Positions 10,001 to 19,700 of a stretch of DNA of 64,000 nt are shown here, piece by piece (the stretch's first letter is position 1; each line of letters opens with the position of its first letter). The DNA comes from Bugula neritina (lineage: Eukaryota > Animalia > Bryozoa). The position numbers and the translations under genes are program-made. The stretch covers positions 7,636,698 through 7,700,697 of the forward strand of contig OZ037765.1 in assembly GCA_964035545.1 (NCBI GenBank), given 5' to 3'. The notes under the pieces are model-generated. The model searched no databases. It was given only the letters and a program-made list of their open reading frames with translations, and was not told where the DNA came from.

Positions 10001-12128
10001 GGCTGGCCTAACAACAAACCTGCTGAGCCAGAGTTACAACTACTCTGGGCACAAAGGGAGTCTCTTGTCCTTCATGATAATATCGTACTCCTACAAAGAG
10101 ACACAAACTCAAGAGTGGTAGTACCAAAAGCCCTGCAAACTAAAGTTCTAGAAACCCTGCACTCATCTCACTGGGGTGTAGTTAAAGTTAAACAGCTGGC
10201 TAGGCGCTATGTATGGTGGAGCTCTTTGAATGCAGACATTGAAAAACTCACAAAAGCTTGCGACGTTTGTAAACAACTCTCGGCTGCACCAACACAGTGC
10301 TTTACTGAATGGCCTAAAACTGAACACCCATGGGAACGTATTCATCTTGATTTTGCTGGGCCATTCAAAGACAAAATGTGGCTCATATGCATTGATGCCC
10401 ACTCCAAGTTTCCGTACATGGGGAAAATGGAAATTGGACAAACATCTGCCAAGCAGACTATTCAAGTCCTTAAAGACATTTTCAGCCTGGAGGGACTTCC
10501 TAACACTGTGGTCACTGATAATGGCCCACAATTCACCTCAAGTGATTTTGAGGCATTTTGTAAACAGCATGGCATCAGCCATATCACATCTCCACCACAT
10601 CATCCGCCATCAAATGGTGAGGCTGAACGTTTCGTACAGACTTTCAAAAAATCAGTTGAAAAGAATTGTGTGGGAGGAGTGCCTCTCACAGACAGTGTTA
10701 GACTAACACTTGCTACATACAGATCTCTGCCACACCCTGCTCTAGAATGGAAAACACCAGCTGAAGTCTTACATGGCCGTCAACCACGCTGCCTGCTGTC
10801 TCTAATTAACCCCTCCAACAATCACAATTACCAAACAAAAAGTAACAACAACACATCATCCCAGTTTGCAGTCAATTCACTCATATATGCCCGTAATTAC
10901 TCATCTGGACCAAAGTGGGTGCCCGGTAAAATAATTCGTAGAGTTGGCAACACAATATTCTTAGTAGACACTGATAGAGGAATCTGGAAGAGACATTGTA
11001 ACCAACTGCAAATTCGACTTGCAACTGAAAGTATGCCAAATGATGAGAGCATAGATGCTGAGCCAACATCTGAGCATAGCCAGTATCCCACCACTAGACG
11101 CTATCCACAACGCATAAGAAAAGCTCCTGAAAGATATGAGCCATGAATTGTGTGGGAGGAGTGATGCATACTTATAGATAGTCTTACAATGGCATAACCT
11201 GACTAGCAGCTTAGTGCTGTAAAATATTTGTTTACCATTATATACACTCATATTCTTATTTGTGGTTTGTCATTCATCCTTATGTAAACTGTTATTTTAT
11301 TATTATTACCACATGAATAGTTGTCATTGCATTTACTTATTCCTGTTTTACTTGTTAGCCAGTTGCCTGCTAGTGCTTTATTAATACAGACATACACTAC
11401 ACAGCTACTTCAATTTCATATTACCACAGTGAATCACAAAACATAACAGCAACTAAACAGAGACACCATCAAGTCCAGCTGGACTGGTTTAGAGAGCCAG
11501 TCTGGCTTCTCCAAACATCAATACCACCACGTTTCCTATTGGGAGCAGTAATCAAAAGAAGGCAGAGGTAGATGGAGATAATTGGATGCAGTAATTGAGA
11601 CATTTGGAAAGACATGAGTTCTTGATGAGAAAAATTGCAAAAGAAGTTTATGTTCCTATGAGAGTTGCAGCCCAAATCTCTAACTAAAGTTCATTAAAAA
11701 GTTAGAGAAACTTGGGCTATCGAAATTTCACCGTTACTGCACCTTAATGAAAAACAGCACTATTTGAATATTCCATATAACAGCAAAAGCATGCAATGTC
11801 AAAAGTATGCCTGAATCTAAAAGAATTTGTAAGCTGGTAGGCAATACTAGTAGTCAACTATCAATTTTTAAATTAAAAACTAATTTAAACAAGTTCGGTA
11901 AAAATTCAGGAAATAACTCCGAATTTATATTTCATCAAAAATTATTTGGCAATACACGAAAGTTGACAAAATCTAACAAGTTTAAAAGTAGAAAACAGGT
12001 CTTACAGCCTTTTGATAGGTATATGTCATACTAAATTGATCAGACACAACAAGTTTAAATTACTTACATGCAGAAAATATGGTTGACCATATGACCATTA
12101 GGAGAAAGAACCTGCTAGTGTCAATCAT
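1035..12128 (-). CDS. Secreted IgGFc-binding protein-like (FCGBP N-terminal domain repeat) gene; 3' end continues beyond window start
   Basis: Phase-consistent GT-AG exons (minus): 12128-12068 (signal peptide MIDTSRFFLLMVIWSTIFSA), 7639-7437, 7097-6266, 5710-5600, 5119-4962, 4875-4716, 4046-3874, 3691-3499, 2813-2607, 2311-2150, 1958-1789, 1235-1035 (about 877 codons). Two tandem IgGFc_binding-type domains: DNLGTEFVLVFM / IAVYGLNKEKFSTDGFLAYPVDVMGYEYYTV / ADLTGTHITSNMPIAVFSGN / RDHLAVQLPPVQAYG / ADPSM and DSGGRQFVIFFM / VAVYAVNREKYSADAFLALPIDVLGKEYYTV / ADLTGTLVKSTQRVAVFSGN / RDHLVAMIPPVESWG / GDPTM. Confidence 0.88.
3007..3341. repeat. Intronic minisatellite of mixed 20-bp (agtacaatagtgatactgtg) and 14-bp (agtatgatactgtg) units
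   Basis: Directly visible tandem units; accounts for the three overlapping repetitive ORFs at 2932-3331. Confidence 0.95.
4716..4875 (-). other. Exon encoding acidic Cys/Asp metal- or Ca-binding-like linker (MopE-type motif) between IgGFc-binding domains
   Basis: Translates PCLPTDSVWGDGLDNDCDGNIDEELCTGSNANVDTDGDGLADEDCAINRDIGE; flanked by ttttag| and |gtgagt with phases matching its neighbours; not in the ORF track. Confidence 0.8.
8855..9141 (+). repeat. 5' LTR
   Basis: tgatgcatac...aaaacataaca; by eye identical to 11162-11448 except C9123 vs T11430. Confidence 0.97.
9143..11146 (+). CDS. pol: Truncated gypsy Pol: RT C-terminus/connection, RNase H, integrase (Zn-binding HHCC plus rve core)
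   Basis: Uninterrupted 667-codon frame: YLGHVI (end of RT), LATDAS..GVGAVL, YSQIEREAL, ITDHEPL (RNase H), LHSSHWG...CDVC, IHLDFAGP, VTDNGPQF, SNGEAERFV (D-D-E). No YxDD, gag or protease; the frame is closed by TAA at 9137-9139 and the first in-frame ATG is about 200 codons in. Confidence 0.9.
   Translation: MVSEVGYLGHVIDKEGKRPSESSIAALKQLPIPQDIQQLKAFLGKITYYGRFISNLADKAAPLYNLLKDGVPFAWTNGCQQAFTELKEDVINATNLSHYDESQTLVLATDASSYGVGAVLSQQDADGNETPIAYSSKTLTETQKKYSQIEREALSIIYGLTKFRQYLYGRKFILITDHEPLVSIFSPQKNIPSTTAQQLQRWALTLMAFQYDIAYKKTSKHGNADALSRLPLGIDEQFDAAEHQEDMEVSHTIREEIHAFPLDSMQIKRATQNDDTLQKVVTWIHEGWPNNKPAEPELQLLWAQRESLVLHDNIVLLQRDTNSRVVVPKALQTKVLETLHSSHWGVVKVKQLARRYVWWSSLNADIEKLTKACDVCKQLSAAPTQCFTEWPKTEHPWERIHLDFAGPFKDKMWLICIDAHSKFPYMGKMEIGQTSAKQTIQVLKDIFSLEGLPNTVVTDNGPQFTSSDFEAFCKQHGISHITSPPHHPPSNGEAERFVQTFKKSVEKNCVGGVPLTDSVRLTLATYRSLPHPALEWKTPAEVLHGRQPRCLLSLINPSNNHNYQTKSNNNTSSQFAVNSLIYARNYSSGPKWVPGKIIRRVGNTIFLVDTDRGIWKRHCNQLQIRLATESMPNDESIDAEPTSEHSQYPTTRRYPQRIRKAPERYEP
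9144..9161 (+). other. Primer binding site complementary to tRNA-Leu 3' end
   Basis: TGGTGTCAGAAGTGGGAT, 2 nt after the 5' LTR; reverse complement of the ...ATCCCACTTCTGACACCA end of metazoan tRNA-Leu(CAA). Confidence 0.9.
11162..11448 (+). repeat. 3' LTR
   Basis: Direct repeat of 8855-9141, preceded by polypurine tract gggaggag and followed by TSD gcaac. Confidence 0.97.
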
Positions 12129-14004
12129 TCTGTGTAACATACACCGGCCTATAATCAGTATTTTGTTCAGTTCAGTTTAGTGAAGCCCATCAGACCTACT
12201 CTCCAAGGAGGCAAGCCACCAACTGCAACATTGAACAACTTAAATGTAACCCATAGACGAATGAGCAGTTACGATATAAGAAATAGGGCTACACTTTAGC
12301 AATTATTCAAAATGTTATTAATACTGTTACTAAAACTCTCAATAGCCTTGAGGTTTTTAAAGATTAACGAATTCGTTCAATTTCATCACACCTCACAACA
12401 TATAAAAATAAACAAAGCTATTAAAAAACAATAGAGCTTACAATACATTAAGCACATACTTTTTCTGCTCTCTTTTTCTTCAGCAGCAACAGAATGCGGT
12501 GTCTGCCAACAGATTCAGTCCTCTTGTCTACCACAACTTGAGCACAAGTGTCGTTGCTTTCAATCTTCAAAACTACAAGGGTTTTCATTAGCAAAAGCGT
12601 GGAGGAATACCTATAATCAATACTACAATAGTAATAATATGGTAGTTCTAAGCCTATTGTTCATAATAGGTTTTGTCGGCATTTGCTTATATTATAATCG
12701 TGATCACAGAATGCTTTACATGTGAACTGAAAGCCAATAAAAAATATTGATTGATTGTAACAGAATCAATAAGCAATCTGGGCAGATATAACAATATGCA
12801 ACAAGGCTGGAGATATGCACAGTAGCATTTTACAATATGCACAATAATCTTGAAACAATTATTATTTGATTATTGCTTTAAATTATACTCTTACTTCTGT
12901 TATATTACTCGGGCTCAAGTTTTTACTCAGTGGCTGCTAAAAATGCTGCAAATATTTCACCATATCTTTGTAATCCAGCGACTGTATTTAATAGAATTGC
13001 CATGGTAGAGACCTTTTGTGGAATATCACCACAAGAATTATCCTAAAAGTGGACTAGTTACAACCTTTCTAACCTGCATGGCAAATGAAATCTTTCAACT
13101 TAACCCTGTTGACATCCCATTGGCTTAGATTGGCTTTCAGAGTTGCTTTGCATCGCATCAAAGTCAACAAATCTGGTTAAAAAGTTGCCTACTTTTATAG
13201 TTCTTGATGGTTTTCTACCAAGCATTGAAAAACTCAGTTTAATGAGAAAATTTTGCTAACTTTTATACTTCAATTGATCTAAACATGTTTGAAATCTCTA
13301 TAACAAATTTCTCTGGTTATCACGGCGCAATAATCTTGATTTATTACATATTTTATCTGCTATTTGTAGCATTAAAAACAATGTAAATGTGAATAAAAAC
13401 TGTTCAAACATCAAGGAAGAAGTTGAATGAAGTTCAGTTAAAATAAAAAATGACGAACTTTGTTATAATTCACAAAATTTTATTTTCGCAACAGTTATAG
13501 TAAATTGTGATACAACAAATAATATTTATAATATAAAATAGAAATATTTCTATTATAACTTTTAGTGGTAATCACTTGTGATAGTATTTTCCAAATAAAT
13601 AGTTTATAATAAATTTTTAAATCAGAATCAAGATGATTATGAAATGTAAACGTTGTTTAGAATGTCTTAATTGATATTTACATTTTCTTTCTACTTCTCT
13701 TTACATAAATTCCTATCTTTTTGATGAGGAGCTGAACAGATTTGTTCCTTCAGGGAGAAATGTGAGTACTAGGCAGTCATGGGTAGATACCGAATCTTCT
13801 TTTATGATCAGTTGTGATGTGTCTGCCCCCATCAATACAAATTTGTATGACATACCTGACAATCTTCATGCTCTAGAGTTTGCCAAGGAACTCTGGGCTG
13901 TCACGGATTCCCAAATACTCATTAAGTGCATTAGGCTTTTGGTTATAAAAATCATTTCTGTAAAATTAACAAAAATCATAGAGGTAACCTAATATAAAAA
14001 AAAT

Positions 14005-15681
14005 TTACAAAAATTCAACAATAATATGATGGGGTTCATTTATGGACATGTACACGTAGCGTTTTCCCAATTCTATTAGATACACAAATTCAGTTACAGA
14101 TAAAATAACGAAGCTTCCACCCAAGTCAAAATTTAGATATTGAATTGATTTTATGCGCCTGGGTGAAATTTCAAATTTCATTAGCTTGATATATATGATC
14201 AAGAGATCAGAAAAAAATTTGCAGTTAATGCTATACTAAAGAAGTAAATACGATTCATAGCCCATTGTATAATTCAGGACAAAATTACTAGTATAAAAAG
14301 TACTTTAGACCCAAATTAAGTATAGATCAGAAGTTTTAAATTCAATATATATACTATTATTAGTAGTAATTCACTAATACTAATACTCTTACTAATACTA
14401 TTCGTAACACTACTAGTAACTGTAAATGTAACATTAATAGTTATTTATACCTAACCTTATAGCTATACTTCTAGTAATGGTATTAGTTACACTGCTAAAT
14501 TTCTTTGTATATTTAATTCTATTTATTACTATAAGGATAAGTATAACTATTAGTATTACTATAAATTAGGATAAGTATTAGTATAAACATAAGCATAATG
14601 ATAATGGTAATGATTATCATTATGGCAATGATGATAATTTAAATTATTTAATAATTATAATACTAATTTAATACTAATAAGTAATAATAATTACTATAGT
14701 AATAGTAACTCTAAATTACTAATACTAATAGTAATAATAATACTAATACTATTATATTATTATTACTATTAGTTATAGTAATAATAATATAATTCTTCCT
14801 TTTCAAATTTACATTTAATTTTATATTTCATTTTATAACATTTTGATGATTGATCTATATTACATTTAATAATAAAATGAAAATAACTTTTTACAGGCAC
14901 AGGGACAACTTGAACTACAACTAGTATTAGTGAGCAGCATAATATTGAGTATCAGCATGACTCATACCGATACTCAATATCATGCTGTTCACTAATAGTA
15001 ATAGTAATACTAGTTGTAGTTCAAGTTGTCCCTGTGCCTGTAAAAAGTTATTTTCATTTTATTATTAAATGTAATATAGATCAATCATCAAAATGTTATA
15101 AAATAAAATATAAAATTAAATGTAAATTTGAAAAGAAAGAATTATATTATTATTACTATTAGTATTATTATTCCTATTAGTATTAGTAATTTAGTGTCGA
15201 GTATCGAGTATGACCAGAACTGGCATTCCGTTTCACTTTCACTTTGGCTTTCACTTTCAGTTTCACATGCGCCTGCGGAACACCAACTCCAAATTTAAGA
15301 GTAAATCTAACAGTAACACTAACTGTAAGTACTAAGTACCTGAGGCTGAAGATCATGATCACGATGAAGTATCAAATCAAATGGACTTTTGTGGTAATTT
15401 TTAAAGCCAAGGTTTACCACCTGTATGTGATAAACTAATTGTACATTGAGTGATTGAATATAAAATATATAATCATAATGACAAGTGCGGTTCACGGCTG
15501 AGATTAGCACGTGTGTTAATAATTTTATATTAGTTTTGACGTTACAAATTGCGAGAAAATACAACTCCTTGCTAAATAATTTCTTGGGTCGTACAAGTTG
15601 TATCGTTTGATCAGTCGGGTTTTTAAGGCAACCACTCGCTATTTTATTGGCAACAGGCTCTTGCGTAGTAACAGCAGCCAT
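14005..15681 (-). CDS. Candidate two-exon orphan ORF (about 190 aa), or 5' UTR exons of the IgGFc-domain gene
   Basis: 15681-15340 is open for 114 codons ending CAG|gtactt; acceptor ctttag| at 14235 continues in phase 0 to TAA at 14005. No recognisable domain. Confidence 0.25.
14350..14790. repeat. AT-rich low-complexity (TAA/TAC/TAG)n tract
   Basis: Runs of taatac/tagtaa/aataat. Confidence 0.7.
14711..15194. repeat. Long inverted repeat (fold-back palindrome), about 230-bp arms, 15-nt loop
   Basis: ctaaattactaatac...tttttacaggcacagggacaacttgaactacaactagtatt...attgagtatc (to 14953) is mirrored by gatactcaatat...tagttgtagttcaagttgtccctgtgcctgtaaaaa...gtattagtaatttag (14969-15194), with a few substitutions and two small indels. 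Confidence 0.95.
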
Positions 15682-16751
15682 TATTTTAGGTCATAGCAAC
15701 GAACAAATATTGGTACTATCATTATCACCATGTTATGATTTTATTGTCTTAATGGTTCAGTTGTTGTCTATCGCAGCAAGTGACTACCAAGATCTAAATT
15801 TTTGTGCAAATAGAATAAATTAAAGAGTATAATTTCGCGTAAATAACTTACATATACTGTTTGAATTATGACAATCATATAGTTAATAGTTATAGTTACT
15901 TATACTTATAGTTATAGTTTAAGTTATACTAACTTATAGTTATACTTATAGTTGTATTTGTAGCTGTAGACTATTCTACAGGCACAGTAATAGTAGTAGA
16001 CTATTGATAATACTAACAGTGGTACTCTAGTAATACTAACAGTGGTACTCTGATAAATTTAAAATTAAAGTATAGTTATATTTACAGTCTGCAGGCGTAA
16101 AAGTTATAAATTATTATAATTATATACAGTTTTAAGTTTATTACATGTTAATTTTAATTTTAAACGTGTTGTTACCTTTATTTGTATGTTATTTTTTCAT
16201 ACTCATACTCATATAGATGAGCCATAAGGAAAGTAATATTGAATTATATATTTATAGTGATACCTAATAATTTTTACATAAACACTCATGCAAGTTTAAA
16301 CATAAACTCAAAACATATAAGCAGGCGTTGCAGTTCAGCTTTTTTATAGCAAAGTTATCTGTCTACTCACCCTCATTATTTTAGAATGAAATTATTTTTC
16401 TCCCAAAATAGTGAAATTAAGTTTGAACAAACTTTCTTTAGCAAAAGCTTGACTAATCATTATTCAACTATTTTATATCAAACATTACCCCATAAGTACA
16501 CATGAATCTATTTGATTTACAGAATATCTAATCTGGTAGTTAAAATCTAAAGCAAAGCAACTGTAAAATTTTTGCTCATATTTTTTGAGTGTTGGTGCAA
16601 ATAAGCAATAAAATTTTGATTTAGTTTTACTAAAATATTTGATAAACACTTTTTGGGTGTAAGATTGACTTATGTGTTATAATTATATCTTGTAATCTGT
16701 GCACCATTTTCCACTGACATGTTTGCAATATTTTTGATGTAAAGGGGAATC

Positions 16752-19700
16752 ATGTCAGTCTATGACCGTGCTGTCCGGCCTACTGTTAAGCCAATCGGTT
16801 CAACTGGACTCCATGTTGGTCCTGGAGCTTATGATGTAGAACTTACTGATAAATCTAAAATTAGATCAGGTAAAACTTTGATACACATGCATTGCATAAA
16901 CATGTCTCTGCTAAGAAATAATGTAAACTATTCAATACCGTAGCAAAATAATGAATTTTTAATAGAAAGTTGTATGCTTCATTGTTTAAAGTAAATTTAT
17001 CGTTTTAAAATATAGATGGATATGCACCATTTTCTTCAATGACAAGTCGAGATACACACATTAACTTACATGATACATCTATTGCCGCTCCTGGACCTGG
17101 ACATTACGACAATCATTATTATCGTGAACATGTTAAGGTAATCAAAAAAACATAAATTGCTATTTTCATTATAGAGCATACTGAAAATAATAAATCTAAG
17201 CTTACATAAGAAAAATAGTTAAAATCTAACATGAGAAAGTAGATTTTGACTGTATATTTATGCGTGCGCGAGTGCGTGCGTGTGTGTGTGTGTTTGGGTA
17301 TCATGAATGACATAGCAAACAACATTAGATTTCAGGTTTTAATTTGGGCTGTTTTCTTGTTTATGTTAGGGTGGTTCTACATTGGCAAACAGAGCATCAA
17401 GATTTCTTGAACAAGATGGTCTCACCCCAGGACCTGGTGCTTACCAGCTAAGGAAAATAGAAGTAAATGGAAAGTCAAAAAAGCCAGTGCCTCCAGAAAG
17501 CAGAGTTAGTACAATTCATGTCATTATTGTAATTTGTTGTATATTAGATAATTGAATTTAAACATCCATATGCATTAAACAATCACAAGAATACTAAACA
17601 GTGACTTATTACTTTTGAAGTAGCTTTAGAAGTTGGAAATTTTAGTTGTAAGTTTTAAGAAATTTGTAAAATATGATAAGCAAAATTAAATACTAGCTCA
17701 GTTTACTAATTCCTTACTTATTAAATATTGGGTGTGACTAAAATGGCTGGCCACCCGGTGTCGCGGTCCGTGACACCCATTTTAGTCAAAACCCCCCTTT
17801 ATGACTAAAATAGGTGTCACGGACCGCGACACCGGGTGGCCACCCATTTTAGTCACACCCTTATATATTCTATATTATTAGCATGACGTTGTCTAATTGT
17901 AGCCAAGGCTTGTCATAGTCAGAAAACCTGAGGCGCCATCTATTCCTACCCCTGGCCAAGCGTATGGATTTGAAGAAAATGAAGATGGAACTTTGCGAAG
18001 ACAGGAGCCTCCAGATAGAGACAAGACTATCGGCCCAGCCTTTTATAATTCAAACAAAGTACTTACTGCTCTTTTTAATACATCAACAGTTTAACTGATA
18101 GAAGCAATCAATTAATTTTATTTTTAAAAAATTGTGGTTATCTTCAGCTACCAGCGATTTTTTTTTTAATAGGAGCTATACATATTTAGCATACATAGTT
18201 ATATATTTGTTTGAGTTGAAGTTACACAAAATATTTAAATTAATATTTATGAGGGCAATAACTGTTTTTAATTTAATAAAAGTTAATTTTAATATACTTT
18301 TTCATAATTTTGTTTTCATTAGAAACTCTAAATCAATTGGATATAGTTGAATGCGTATGTTTGTAGCCTGCAACAAAAGTGACAGATACGTACAAAGGTG
18401 TTCATTGGGGAAAATATTCAACAAAAAGAACAGACTTTAGCGGAAAGGCTGGACCAGGTCCTGGAGAATATGATCCTCAATACGATAACTCTCTCACTAC
18501 TGAACACTTGAATATGAGAGATACGGATCACAATAAAAAGTTTGATGCGAGGATTCCTCGTTACCACGAGTGGGTCGTAAAGGAAGAAGAGAAAAAGGTA
18601 GACTGTAGTGCATTATAAAATAGAATGATTATCAACTTTAAATCTTTTTTAGTTCGCATATTTTATTTTGCTGACTCTATTTTTATCAGCTGTAGTCTAG
18701 GGGTTAGAGTGCTTGCGTAGCAAGCACAAAGTCATGGGTTTGAGCTCCTACAAAGACCATTGGTGATGTTAGGAAGAGCACCCAGTCATAATTGCTCCTG
18801 GGCCCCATCTGAATAATTCCACAGCCCGATTAAACAAAAACAGGGATTTCTCTAAGGGATAGCGACTATAAACTTGTGTGAGTTTTATTAGTGTATTTTA
18901 CCTCTTTTCTCAGTCTGTACCTGGTCCTGGAAGATACGATATTACTAGTGACTTTGACCCTGAAACTAAGAAGTTGAACCAAGAAGGTATTGAAGTTGAG
19001 CATCCGCCATTTTTATCACAAGCCAGAAGATTTGGCGCTAATAAAAACTATGTTCCCTCACCCGGCACTTATAATGACCCCAGGACGGCATTGACAGCTT
19101 TAAAGAAAATCACAGGCTTAAAGAGAAGTCCTTTCGGGCAGACAGCTGTGCGATTTTCACCAGGACATCATGTTAGAAAGACCCCAGGTGAATAACTCTT
19201 CTTTGAAATTAATTATATGCAGGGTAATCATTTTAATATTGAACTAATTTTTCAGCATTGACTCAAGCCGAAGTATTTTCGACTTACTTGTAACTGTAGC
19301 CCAATCGGTCATATGAAGATCATAAAAATGTTTAGCTGACAAATTTTCTAAAGTAATCAGTAAATTTTCAAGTTTTACGTATTTCCTTAGATTATATAAT
19401 ATAATGTACATATTTATGTGTTATAATATTACTAGAATATGTTTAGACAGTGTGATATTGTGAGGTGTACAATTATTACTGCCTCACAGTTGTATAAACA
19501 AGTATAATAGTACTGCATACTCTACAATCCGGCCAAGCTGAACTTGAGGGCTATATGGTACATAGTATATACCATCATAATATGTCACCATGTTATTGCT
19601 TGCTAACTATAGCCATTTACATCATTTAGAAACAATTTACTTTGCTGCTCATGAGGGAAAAATGTGTATGTTTTTAATGCTATTGTTCTGCGTTCTCCTA

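Larger units (their letters stand above)
8855..11448 (+). mobile_element. Ty3/gypsy LTR retrotransposon (Mag-like), internally deleted, 2594 bp
   Basis: Two 287-bp TG...CA LTRs, 5-bp TSD GCAAC (8850-8854, 11449-11453), PBS at 9144-9161, PPT at 11154-11161, pol remnant in RT-tail/RNase H/integrase order. Lies antisense in an intron of the IgGFc-domain gene. Confidence 0.97.

Noticed and set aside
9143-11146. Domesticated integrase host gene
   Set aside because: Still flanked by near-identical LTRs, PBS, PPT and TSD, so a recent insertion rather than a domesticated gene.
9270-11251. Alternate-frame and antisense ORFs within the retrotransposon
   Set aside because: Shadows of the pol frame; no gag, env or other motif.
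13873-13957. Possible third exon (NDFYNQKPNALNEYLGIRDSPEFLGKL) of the orphan ORF
   Set aside because: Needs a 51-nt intron, much shorter than any other intron inferred here, and has no homology support.
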